Positions 50,715 through 63,800 of a stretch of 64,000 nucleotides of DNA are shown here, piece after piece. Within the stretch, counting starts at the first letter, position 1; each line of letters begins with the position of its first letter. The DNA lies in assembly GCF_964204645.1 (NCBI RefSeq), contig NC_134033.1, positions 2,500,131-2,564,130 of the forward strand, given 5' to 3'. This DNA comes from Tubulanus polymorphus. Taxonomy: Eukaryota > Animalia > Nemertea. Below the pieces are notes generated by a model. That model had not been told where the DNA came from. It worked only from the letters and a program-made list of their open reading frames with translations, and did no database searches. A program made the position numbers and the translations under genes.

Positions 50715-53700
50715 ATGCCGGGGCCGTCGAAATTCCAACCTACCCGCGACCAGCGCAGGGGGCCCGGTACGAAAGACGTGTCGTTCACGTTACCGGGAAC
50801 CAGTACGGGTATCAGGCGGCCGGAGGTCGTACCGAGCGTCGTAGTTCCTCAACAGCAGTCGACCGAGAGAATGATGACGCCCAGCGTCGACGTGGATCTC
50901 ATGTCGGACCCGAACACGATTCTACCGATCGTCGGAGGGAATCTAGCTCGCAAAAACTCGGCTTTAGAATCGATTACTGATCGACTATCGAAGGTGAACG
51001 AAATTGAATAGATGAAAATGACGCCATATTGCGGCGGGAGATATTTAGATTCGAATTCTTAACGGCGTAATTGAATGCTGAATTATTGCCTTGAAGCAAT
51101 GCGACTCAAAATCTGTCTTTACATTTCCTGATTATTTCAGGCTCTGAACGACTTCGAAAGTCTCTACGACGACAGTCAATCTGAAGAGGTGAGACGTATT
51201 AGAAATTCACGAGACTCCCCCAAACAATTCAGAAATCAATCTGCAATCTCGGCATTGCATGGTTTTACAACCATTCTTCTAGTTTATGATCGTCCACACT
51301 TCACACGTGTTCAGTGCTTCACCCGAGACATTTGTAAATTGAAAATAAACTAAAATACACCAGATATTAGACATTTTATCAGCACACTTTCAAAAACTGA
51401 TCATCCACACTTCACATGTGTTCAGTACTTCACCCGAGACATTTGTAAATTGAAAATAAACTAAAATACACCAGATATTAGACATTTTATCAGCACACTT
51501 TCAAAAACTGATCATCCACACTTCACATGTGTTCAGTACTTCACCCGAGACATTTGTAAATTGAAAATAAACTAAAATACACCAGATATTAGACATTTTA
51601 TCAGCACACTTTCAAAAACTGATCATCCACACTTCACATGTATTCAGTACTTCATCTGAGACATTTTTAATTGAAAATGAACACCGAACACCAGACATCA
51701 GACATTTTATCAGCACACTTTCAAAAACCGATCATCCACACTTCACAGTATTCAAAAGTGTTTTAAAGTCAATAAGAATGGATGCAGATTGATATCAAGT
51801 CATAACTCGTTGTGTCAAAATCGTTTGAAAACTTAATTCCAAAAGTTTGTGACTGCATGAGATTTTGAGGATTTCGAAACAAGTTTGCTTTGTTTATTTT
51901 GTCTAGGACTATATGTTGGCGGAGTTGACGGAAGAGGTCAACGGCATGGAAAGCGGCGCTGTAAGTATGAATTTGTCAGTTATGATGTAATAAGAAAGAA
52001 TTATAGCAGAACAAGACAAAATCTGGCCGTAGTAACGTTACAAAAATAGCCACACAGACACCGGTATAATCAACTTCGTTCTACCTAATTTTATAGATGA
52101 AAGTAAAAATCAAAACGTTCTTGAATCGTTACAAGGATATGTCGAAGCAAATGAATTCGGTTAACTCGTCACGTGACGAGGTAAGACGAGCAATTTCGAA
52201 ATCGGCACGAAATTCCGATACAGTCTATGCATATTCAAATCGCTTCTTTCCGCATTTCAGGCATTGTACGACCTAGCCGATGTAAGTGGCCGAATCTTTT
52301 TCTAAACAATCTACGTAAAAATATTCATTTTTCGAGCGTTTTACAGCGCTATAGAAAATATCACGTATCATGTATTTTGGGATTATTTCATTTTATTGAT
52401 CAATTTCATTCAAATAGACCTTAATTACATACGATTATGGTTTCTCTTACAAAAACATTGCGATGAACTTTGAAGCACACGCCTTAAGCCTGAAGGCTAT
52501 AATAACTCTTTACAGAGAAAGTAGAACACGATTTTTTGAAGAGTTTGTATTGAATTTATTTTCAGTGGTTTACAATGGACCGAACTGATATGGTAGGCAG
52601 AATAAATATTCAATGATTATTTTTCAAAAAAGCACATATCTGTCCATATTTGATAATTTACGTTTCATTTTGTTCGGTTTGTAGAATTTGTAGAATTTTG
52701 ATTTTGTTAAAAAGAATTTTCTCCGTTTTCTGTCTTACTAGGATTCATTAACGATGTCTTTCGCTAAGAAACAGGACGACGGTGAATTGCAGTAAGTGAT
52801 AACAAATCTAGAATGCAATATTTTCCGAGAGATTTTAGATGTTTTACCGACCTTACATTTCGTGTCTACATAGAACTGTGTACGCCGACGCGAAGGTCGG
52901 TTTTCAAAAATTGAAGAACATTCAGGAGGATTTGCACCAGAAATTTGTCTCGGGCGAAAATACGTCCGCCTTACAAAGGTATTTCGAAAATTTGGCTACC
53001 AACGCTGGCTAATTAGGTCTGGCGGGAGGGGTTTTTGTATTTAATTTGATCGTCGGTCTAAACGGATTATAACCTTCTAATCTTTGAGCACATACTTCGA
53101 ATTGGTGTTATGACTGTTGAAATAATGCAGTCTGATTAAGAGTCAATTTGACAGAGATAAGAGTCTCAGAACTCCTTCAATACAGTGTAAACTGATCAAA
53201 AAATGTGACAAAATAATGGCTCATTCAGATTGCATAATCGAACTGGCCATATCAAGACCGATATAGGAATGATGCACTCAAGACATTGAACGAAAATCAG
53301 TGTCACAAGATAAAGTTTAGGCTATTAGTGCATGAAACTCTATTGACACGACGGAACGGGCTTCGAGGTTGGCCGTGACAACTTTGGCGGCCACTTTGAC
53401 CTAAAAGCTATTACGAGTGTTAGGCCAATCCTACCAGCACGGTGAATATCATTTAAAAGAATGGTTCCAGGCATTTTTGTCGATAAATCTTTTGGTTTTC
53501 GCAGGGAAAAAGATAAAATGCAATCGGAGGTTTTGGAAAATTTTCGGAAAGTCAAACAGGGTACGAAAACTTTAATTGATCGGCAACAACTTCGAATAAA
53601 TTCAACTTTCCTCTTGGTACAAAATATTGTATGTTTGTTTTGTTGCTTATTTTCAGTCAGCGCCGAAGAAGCCACTAACCTCGAACGAACAGACGCCGCT

Positions 53701-54884
53701 TGGAAGTACGCCGCGTCCGAAATCTGCGGGATGCTTCACAAAGTCCGCGACAAAGGCATTCAAGGTTCGGCCATCGCGGAAGCGAGAAAAGATCGTCGGT
53801 TCCCAACATCTTCTGTATAGACTAAAAATAGAAAAAAAAATGTTTTCAAATTGTTTCAGATGTTGCCGAATTCGAGAGACATCTAAACAATCTTTTAGAG
53901 ACCCTAGAATCCGAACAGATGAACCTACAAAGGTATGAACGAACAATGCATCTAAAACGAGATATTCTCGTGACTATAGCGCCTCTATCGGACGATGAAT
54001 GAACCGATCTCAAATGCAGTATCACGTGACTAACGGTCTCGTCTACGATTGGTCGGTTGCTCGATTCGTCGTCGGTGATTGGCTGAGAGTTGGCCACTAC
54101 TCGTCGACGATCAAAATAGTTATTGGCATAATTTCTAGTATCACCGACAGATGTCGTCAGTGTCAATCACTTCCCATCCTCAATCACTGCCATTTATTAG
54201 TAAAGTGAATGGCTATTTATTTTCTTCAGAATGGATGCCGAACTTCAGGAGAAGAAATTGGTGAGCGTTGAAATCGTTAACTGAAAATCACCTGTTTTAA
54301 AATCCCTTGTGTTCAGAATTAGAGAGTTTGTCAGTTCAAATTTTACGTAAAATATTACAAAATCACCATTTCATATTTAGTCGAAAAAATTGTATATTTT
54401 TCTCGGATTTGTACGGAAGCCCCTAGGTGACATACGAGAAAATTTTTCCACAATTTTGACTTATTAAGTCGAATTTTGACATAATAAGTCGAATTTCGAC
54501 TTAATAAGTCGAATTTCGTGTTAATTAAGTCGAATTTCGTCTTAATAAGTCGAATTTCGACTTAATAAGTCGAATTTCGACATAATTAGTCGAATTTCGT
54601 GTTAATTAAGTCGAATTTCGTCTTAATAAGTCGAATTTCGAGTTAATTCAACTTATTATGTCGAAATTATTTTTTTTATTATTCTTTATTCACGAATTAA
54701 ATTACACTAGAAAATTACAACAAGATAATATAATAAAATAATGTAATTCAAGTCGATGGACACCAGGAGAAGTTACAAACTTATATCCATAAAACATGGC
54801 CCTGGCGCCCATAGAAATCAAACACACGCACGCACACACACACATGTACACAACCCTGCACCACAACACTCACGCATACGCATA

Positions 54885-54916
<32 letters not shown>

Positions 54917-57900
54917 CACACATCCATTCGACTTATTAAGTCGACATTCGACTTATTAAGTCGAAATTCGACTTATTATGTCGAAATTCGACTTAATAAG
55001 TCGAAATTATGAAAAAAATTATCTCATATGTCACCTAGGGGCTTCCGTAGATTTGAGTTCAAGTTAAGTGAAGTATTTATTTTTACGCTTCGTATCCGCG
55101 GATTGAAGATCGCTCGTAATGAAGTTCTTACAACAATGAAGTTCTTACAATAAACCTCCTACGTTTTAGATTTGCGACAAGTGGTCGGAAGAGAATCAAG
55201 TGCTGCAAAACGAAATACTGAGACTTAAAGAGAACTCGGTTAAAATGAAGCAGAAACTTAAGAACGCCACCAAGGTAAAATACGATATACAATATCAAAT
55301 ACATCAAATACATTCATGAATATTCACTGTAATTGTCAATCAATTGTTTAAATCTATTCAAAAAAAATTCACAAGTTCATTTCAGTGATACCTTAATTAA
55401 CTATAAAATCCCATCATTGGAATGAACCAATCGAGCAGATGTTAATTCGATATTTCGACGGTGTTGCGGGGTTCCCACTAAAAGAAGCCTGTTCAATGAC
55501 ACTGCTCGGGGGGTGCTACTCCAGGCATTGAAAATGTTGAATATCTGTACAGCGGTTTCTCGCTCTCGTTTAGGAACTGAGTAAGCACGACCCCAGCGTA
55601 CAAGTCTTCGTCGAAGAAGACGAAGATAAAGAAGCGGTTAGTATATGAGATTATTAGAAAAAAGGCTCCGTTCAACTATAGACATATAGACTGTCGGTTG
55701 AGCAAAATAAGAAACCTCGAATTCATAAATTTTCTCGGAAATAAATCCAGGAAAGATTGAGAATTGTAATGCGTTGATTTTAACCAAAACAGAAAATGCA
55801 GATGCGATAATAAGATACTCTAAAAATGATGTTTTTTCGATGATTGCATAATGATGCTGATAGGCAGAAAACCCGTTATCGCTGCGCTGCTATTTGCAGC
55901 TATATTACTAAGCTGATGTTTTCCGACGTTTTGCTAATATAAAGAGATGTTTCTTAATTTTTTGTCTAGTCGCGTGGAGGTGGCTTTAGCCGCGGTGGAG
56001 GGGGTCCAGATCCCACCATTCTGAAAGTTCAACTCAAAGACGCTCGCAAACAACTGGAAAATCTGAGAAAGGTACATTTAACCTCTTTAAAATTGAAATT
56101 ATGCAGTCATGTCTAAAAGTGTTTTTTTTTTAAATTTTAAGACGGGTCTTAAGTTGTTTGATTGGTTAAAGAACTAGGTTTTAAACCTAAGCCAAGCCCT
56201 GAGTATGCAGCTGGCCATTGAGTTTTGTTTTGTCTAATTAAGTTCAGATAATTCGAATGTCAACTGAGAAACTAACGTCTAAAAATGAATAATCTTTCTG
56301 ATGTGAAATGAAACGGATCTTCTAACAACTCGAGTTATTATTTCTAGGAAAAAGAAGAAATGACGGAAAGAATTGAAAAACTCACCGAAACCAACGAGGA
56401 TCAAGTAAATGATGACTAAATACGAACGACATTTTTTGAATATTTTTTTTTGTGGCGAAATCTCGATCAAATTTAAGGGATTCTGAATGTGTTTTTACCA
56501 CTATTCAGGCGGACACGATAATGAACCTTGAGGAGGACAAAAGTCGATTGAAAAAGAACGTCGATAAATTGTCGAAACAAATGATCGAAATGGCGAAAAC
56601 CGAACGGAAAGAATCTTCCAGATCGTTCAGGTATGAGATATCTAAAAAAACCATGCAGGGCATCGTTGCAAAGATCGACATCAAGAAGCATCGAAAATGA
56701 AATTCAGTTTTAGATATGTAGTGTAGTATGTTTGGCTAACAAGTGCAGGACACTTGCCGTACAAAACCAAAAACAAATCGAAACTGGGGATTCACAAACT
56801 TTGACGGTCTTTCATGTAAATTACTCATTGTGTTTGCCAACGGCGTAAATCATGTCGAAAAAGTACACGGCAGTTATACTTTTTGGCCCAGTTCCATAGC
56901 CATGGCTTAGTCGTAAGACCGATGTAAGACCATCTTAGTTCTATAACTAATCTAACAACTTAAGAGCAGTCTTAAGATTTAAGACCTTTTTGGACTTATA
57001 GGTCTCAACTAAGGAACCAGCCCCTTACGTTGATAGAGAGTTATAGAGAAACTAACAGTTAGTCGATGTTTGTCTACTGTCAATTCTTATCAAAATCCTT
57101 CACGCTTTGAAAGTTTTCTTATCACTCATAGGAAATAACTCAGGATATTGGGTTTTTTATTGCAAACATTTTTGATTGTGGGTTCTTTGTTCTCGAAAAT
57201 CTTGCCAGTTTCTTTACTCCCTGTACTGAAGAATAGATTATGATCTCTTTCAATAATCAATAGCTATTATATATCTTAAGTATCATCATAATTTCACATT
57301 TCGTAATATCCATATTTTCGCGAGCCCATTCATGTGTATATATTTTCAACCGTTTTGTAAATATTCGTAGAGGAGCCGCGTGTTAACCGCGGGTGTACTA
57401 TAAACACAGCGAGACTCTCTCTCCCACTCCCACCCACTCTCTCTCCCACTCCCGCCCACTCTCTCTCCCACTCCCACCCACTCTCTCTCCCACTCCCGCC
57501 CACTCTCTCTCCCACTCCCGCCCACTCTCTCTCCCACTCCCGCCCACTCTCTCTCCCACTCCCACCCACTCTCTCTCCCACTCCCGCCCACTCTCTCTCC
57601 CACTCCCACCCACTCTCTCTCCCACTCCCGCCCACCCTCTCTCCCACTCCCACCCACTCTCTCTCCCACTCCCGCTCACTCTCTCCATACCCTGTATTCT
57701 ATCTTACACAATGATACTTTTTCAGCGGAAGTCTCAGCGGAATCACGATACGGCCGTCGGAACGCAAGATCGTCTCGAACGTCTGCCCGAAATGTCAAGG
57801 TCGCGTATCCAGGACGCCGAGCACGTTGAAGACGAAAGCGGCTTCGAGCGGAGAAATACAACTGGTAACAAATTTGAAAAGGACCAATTTGAAAAACTTT

Positions 57901-60900
57901 CGCGCGTTTCGATTGGCCTCTGCTTGAATTATGGTACTACACTTCTGGTACGTTCGTTTCGACTAGAATAATCTCTACTTCTAATCGGTTAACCTGATAG
58001 AAGCGGCCGGTAGAGAGTTTGTAATCTATAAACCTGATAGAAGCGGCCGGTAGAGAGTTTGTAATCTATAAACCTGATAGAAGCGGCCGGTAGAGAGTTT
58101 GTAATCTATAAACCTGATAGAAGCGGCCGGTAGAGAGTTTGTAATCTGTAAACCTGATAGAAGCGACCGGTAGAGAGTTTGTAATCTGTAAACCCGATAG
58201 AAGCTGCCGGTAGAGAGTTTGTAATCTGTAAACCCGATAGAAGCGGCCGGTAGAGAGTTTGTAATCTGTAAACCTGATAGAAGCGGCCGGTAGAGAGTTC
58301 GTAATCTGTAAACCTGATAGAAGCGGCCGGTAGAGAGTTTGTAATCTGTAAACCTGATAGAAGCGGCCGGTAGAGAGTTTGTGTAATCCAGAATTGCCTT
58401 CGTAAGCTGGAATTTGGTCAATCGGAACTTGCCTAAAATGCGTTGTATACATTCATCAGTTTCAAACTAATCCAAATATCCCATTTTTCGATCTCGGACG
58501 CGCACGGCATATACGGGAAAACGTTTGTCAAAACATCTTTTGCCTCGCTGTGTGGGTCGGGCTATATATTATGGGAACTTTCTGTACCGTTAAAAAGACG
58601 TCTATTTACGGTACCTAATCCGACTATAAACTCGGAGAAAAGACGCTCGATGACGCGTTCTTCTTCGAATCGATCGTCGAAAACGAAAAAATTCTGACGG
58701 CATTTTTTCCGGTCAATTTAGGCGACGGGTAAACAGGAACCGGACGGGGACACGTTGCTCACACAGTTGAATCACGAACGCGAACGAAGTCACGCGATCA
58801 TACAAAAACTGCAACAACAGCTAAACGTCGCCAACAACGAGATATCAATTCTACAACAGCTCTCGACAGGCTCTTCGGTAAATCAGTTCTCGGCATTAAG
58901 TGTCGAATTCGTCGGCGAATCGCGTTCGCTCTAAACGGATCTAACCGTCGATAAGTTGTTTATTTAGATTTCAATGTACGTAATTATGTATAACATATTT
59001 TGCTTGACATTACAAGAGACACTTTTCCGTAATATTTCACGCCGCTGATAAAGTAGAGCCCTACGTGCCTTTTTTAACATCGCTTAAAACCGTTCGAGTG
59101 TTTCCTCGTCCAACGAAAGCCGAGCCCTTAATTTAAGAAAATCTTTTACTCATTGCCCTTAATCTAGAAAATCTTTTACTCAAAAATATGCCTATACGAT
59201 AGCTGCCTCGTGTTCTGAATTAGAGAACTAGGACAGTCAACTCAATCAACTCATCCTCTTTAAACCTGCTCGAACAGTAGTAGTGGCAGGCTGGATCCGC
59301 CCCTGGATACTATCTATCCCCGATTCTGTTTTCTGACGCCTCGTAATGAAGTCGTTTTCATTGTTTCGTATAGGCTCCGATGCCGACTCCTGTTCCAGAT
59401 CCGGACACCCAAAAGGTAAAGACTTCAAATATCCGCTTTCACGGCGACTCTATATCTGCCAACACCGGGGTCCATTTTCACGAAATAGTGTTAACTTAAA
59501 TTTTTGGTTTCATCGCCACTTGTTGCATTCATTTGGTTTCAATGAAGCAAAACGATTCTAGCTTAAAGTAGACCCAGTTTTTATTGGTTAAATTGGCTCT
59601 TCAAGGGCTATTGTAACAGCAATGTAAAAACCAGGTCAAAATGGCCTTAATTTATTAGATAAGCCATGCACTTTAGAGTCCATGGGTCAGCAATGTGCTT
59701 GATCTATACTCTCTTCGGGTGCGATGACTTGAGAATCTTTCTCGGCTTAGTCAACATTATTTTTTTTTCAATAATAGACAAATTTGAAAATATGATTTCA
59801 GCTGCCTGGCCCGTCTGCCATCGACTCCAAGTTGGACTATCTAGGTCTGGTAGTGGCAGCACCCACCGACAAGAATACTGCGGTAAGATAATGAAATATC
59901 ACATTTAGAAATAGTTTCGAAGAATTACCGAATCCAGTAGTTGGTGCTTCGTACACGTAGGCTCCTATCTTTTTACTAGTGAAATAAATGTTTTTTATTC
60001 AATCTTTTTCAGACTGTTAACGGTATGAAGAAAATGTTCGACAAAGAAATCCAAACCGAAGGAGTAAAGCAGGTTGTTGTATTAACAGTTTCTATGCCTG
60101 CCCCCTGGGCTTCGGGGATCCTTTTCAGGTCATCCGTACTTTACGTGAGAAATGGTGATTGCAGTTTGGAGCGGCGCGGCACAAGCAGCAATTCGACAAC
60201 TCACCTTGTATCACAATGTCGTATGCAATACTTCTACTACTAATACGCCATCTATCGTATATTTTCAGTATAGCGTTCTACCGCCGATCGAAGGTAAACC
60301 GGCCGAACACCTGGACGCGTTAATGCCTCAGTATAACGTAGCGAAAATGATGCGCGAAAACTGCGACCCGGAAGATCTGGCCCACAAAACCGATTTGACC
60401 TACGAAACCTTTTTGAAACAGGTTCGAATTTTGCCGATTTCGCATCGCATAAAGTTTCAAGGTGAAGAGAGATTCTTAGAATTTTCTGAAGCCATAGAAG
60501 ACCCTTTTAGAGAAACAAGGCTTGCGGATCTATATTACGAAAGATACCAGGAAAGACAATTGCCTCCATGGTTTCCTTATTTCCCTAACTCAGAAATATC
60601 TCACGCTACGAATCAATGGATTCAGAAAGAATCAGGACAAATCAATCAAGACCCTCCTTTTCAGACAGTTAGTTACTTTGAGGAGTACATTTGAACTGCT
60701 GTAAATATGAAGCCTGCTTTACATGAATATTAAAATTTGCTAGCATTATCATAATGACACCACTAATTACTACACTTAAGACTTTCGATTCATAATTCCA
60801 CAATTTATCTAACAGTCGTCTTTTTGTAGTTTGCATACATTTGCATAGATTTGCATTAACTGTAATGCACGACTGTAAGGACTGTAAATTGTAAGGCTAG

Positions 60901-63800
60901 AATTGTTACCGGTCAATTCAATTCAAATTCAAAATTAATGATATCAGACGCTGTATCATTATTCATTTGTCGATAATATTTAGTCATATACAAGAACTTT
61001 GATTTCAGTTTGTGATTAACGCTTCACTTGTTTCAGCTAAGGGATATTCTGGAACACGTCGAGTCGTTTGTTCAGTACACCGATCGGTTTTTGAACGAGG
61101 AAACAGCGGCGATGTCGATAGCTAACAAAAAAATCCGGTCAGAAATGCCCGCCGCGAAACAGAGGATCGCCGATAGAGTAAGATATGTTTTCGATATTCA
61201 AATGTTCAAAATAACCGTCGAATTCAGGTAAGCCCGAGAGGATGACTAAGCTTAGGCTACTTCTAAAAGGTTTTGGAAACATTTTGAGACATTTTCGATC
61301 ATCGAAACGGCATATCGAAGGTGTATATAGCAAGGCCTACTGAAGGTTTATATTAGATGCATTTTAAAGCATTCTTAAGCAGAAAACTAGAGTAATTAAT
61401 CAGACTCCAAAAAATATAAGGCAGTAAAAAGCTGAGAGTTCATGCAGTTTAAAACTTAAGTGTCTTGTACGAGACCCCTAAGACTCCCTGGACATAATCC
61501 TGCAGTGAACGAATGAAAAATTTTCAAGTTCAAGCTAAATTTGACCATAGTGAAACTGTTACTGAAACTAGATGGATGTTTTTCTAACAGGAATTGAAGA
61601 AGTTGCCCGGTATTGACACCTACGATAAAGGCGACGCGATAAACGAAGCTTTAGAGAACTACATGGAACCGAGGTCAGTCAAGTCCTAGCTGCTCCTCAT
61701 AAGCAGTTACCCTCAAACCTCACTCCTCATAGGCTGCATCCAAGAAAGATTCATAAGCTTACTAACTAATACTTAGAAATATAGCAAGAACCTATAGGCT
61801 GAGCAAGCGTGGTTGTCACCAGAGGGGTCGGGTTGGTGACAACCCCGCTTTCTGAATCCAAGTTCCGAATTCTTAGATTTCCAAATTTTGTTTTACTTTT
61901 CATATTCCGGAAATTTCATCAATATTTTACTCTAAAACGTGCTCTGAAAAAAAATGAACACTATTTAAGAACATTTATCCAATTTCAATGATTCAGAAAT
62001 ACTCGTTTGCCTTCGGCCCTCTGCGCATACAGCGCGAAGTATGGCATAGTTCCACTCGTATTTATTCTGACCCCATTAAAGAAATCCTAGTGTCGACCCT
62101 TGCAAGCTTTTATGATTTCACTAAAACAGAGTTTCTATTCTACACAGCGCCTTACCACCGACCCCCCGCACACCGGCGCCTGGCGGTCGACAACGCCGTA
62201 CGTCGATAGTAGCGACACCTATGATCGAAACGACGTGGGAAGAACAGATAGAAGTGTTCGCGCTCAACACAGCGCGACAACTGATCGAAAATACTAAACT
62301 TCAACCGCCGAAAGCGAGCATATTCAGTCGACCAATCGCCTTCTTGCTCAGCGATCAGATGACGCTGATTGGTCGATACGCGCGCGAGATCCTATTGGCT
62401 GCCGATAAATTGATACACTACGGACTCAAGAATCAGGTACGTCCGGGTTCGAACCCCGCATTGTAGCAATATTTCGACATCACTCAGAACAGGAAAAAGA
62501 CATTTTCTGAAACAAAGAATTAAATTTTTGACGCCGCCATTTTAATATCCGTCATCTTCCTCAAGCAAATATATTCTAGTTTTCAATTTTGTGGAACTTT
62601 TTTAATCTCGGCCCCCATTTTGGAGTCTGGTGTTTTCTTTATTTTCAGCAAAGTCAATATACTGTATTATACAATATAGCGGCGACGAGCGGATATCCTT
62701 CGATACCGTCTGCGAAAACACCGGCGCCGTCCATGTTCCCGGCAGGACGAGAGGATTTCGGAGCGTTCCGTATGACGACCCCGAAACTGTCTAAATCGAC
62801 CAGCGAACATAGCATCATACGACCGTACCAGGTCAGTAGCGCAAACGTCTAAACACATTTACCCCTGGTGCTGGGTTTTGATGAATTTGAATTCAACCCT
62901 CGACTTTGACTTAAATCTCAGGGCCTCCAATCTCAGGCATCTCCAAGAAATCTTAGAACTTGATTTCACAATAATTCTGCACGAATAATAGAACCTTCTG
63001 AAATAAGCGCGTTTAAGGGTCGATTTCATTTATAGTTCACCAGTTCTGTACCTTCGAACTGGGTTCGTACTAGTCCTGAAAATCCTGGTAAAGTCATAGC
63101 AATTAGTGATTATTTTTTCAAGGCTTGATTAAGTTGTGAAATTTTCAGTTGTGAAAAATCTATTGAATTTTAGAAAAAAAAATGCGTTGTTAGTAATTGT
63201 TAGTAATTGTGAGTAATAGTGGTTTCAGGTACGGTATCAACGTCATCTAGATCAAAGTTATTGAAATAAGTAATCATTCTTTCAGGGCTTGGAAATTTTC
63301 AGTTTTATGTTTGAAGCCGTGAAAAATGTTTATAATTCTAGAAATATTGTCTAAATTCTTATTCTTGGGGTTTAGCGCTGCAGGCTTAATATTGATTTTG
63401 ATAAACTTTCAATTCTGCCTTAGACAGTGTAAAACATGCCCCATTATGGCAACATGGATATTTGGCAATGGAAAAGGTATTGAAAATTGAAGACTGCAAA
63501 TAGTAAGAACCCTATAATCGTTTCCATCAGGCGTCTAAGTCTGACGTTAAAATAAATACTTCCTCGTGCATTTATACAAACGTTGTCACTGTCTCTTGAA
63601 GGCCAGATTATTACTAACACCGCGATCGAACAAAAATTGCGTGTCGATCTTTTCAAAGCGAACATTCTACCGCGCGAGAGTTCGTCGTTAATGAGCGAAA
63701 CGTGTTTCTTAATAATTCACGATATATAGTTCATAATGGACATTTCTCTCCAATTCAGAGTCGCCGCACAAGTGCGCGCAAAAATACCTCGTGCCTACAG
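50715..63800 (+). CDS. Multi-exon coiled-coil protein of unknown function (at least about 900 aa; no stop codon located, probably continues beyond the window)
   Basis: Phase-consistent GT-AG exons: 50715-50993, 51141-51188, 51907-51960, 52097-52180, 52261-52281, 52566-52592, 52742-52791, 52874-52978, 53505-53560, 53657-53764, 53860-53932, 54230-54260, 55170-55274, 55574-55636, 55970-56071, 56348-56404, 56509-56630, 57726-57864, 58722-58877, 59374-59415, 59802-59882, 60013-60072, 60269-60421, 61037-61177, 61591-61673, 62148-62436, 62649-62831, and tentatively 63759-63800. Contains E/K/L/Q heptad-like segments such as LKVQLKDARKQLENLRKEKEEMTERIEKL. Confidence 0.8.
51287..51747. repeat. 111-bp tandem repeat, about 4.2 copies (intronic)
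   Basis: TGATC(A/G)TCCACACTTCAC starts at 51287, 51398, 51509, 51620 and about 51729. Confidence 0.95.
54412..55049. mobile_element. Non-autonomous TIR element with a 6-bp TSD (IS3EU-like termini) and palindromic 20-bp subterminal arrays
   Basis: Perfect 23-bp TIR TACGGAAGCCCCTAGGTGACATA / TATGTCACCTAGGGGCTTCCGTA. GATTTG is duplicated at 54406-54411 and 55050-55055. Internal (GAATTTCGACTTAATAAGTC)n arrays and a (CACG)n tract. Confidence 0.9.
57415..57687. repeat. 22-bp C-rich minisatellite, about 12 copies
   Basis: (CTCTCTCTCCCACTCCC[A/G]CCCA)n. Confidence 0.95.
57991..58382. repeat. 40-bp minisatellite, about 10 copies
   Basis: (AACCTGATAGAAGCGGCCGGTAGAGAGTTTGTAATCT[A/G]TA)n. Confidence 0.97.

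Noticed and set aside
57330-58452. ORFs of (GVGERVGGSGRESGWEWERE)n and (TNSLPAASIRFTDYKL)n
   Set aside because: These are translations of the 22-bp and 40-bp intronic minisatellites. The unit lengths are not multiples of 3 and several frames are open.
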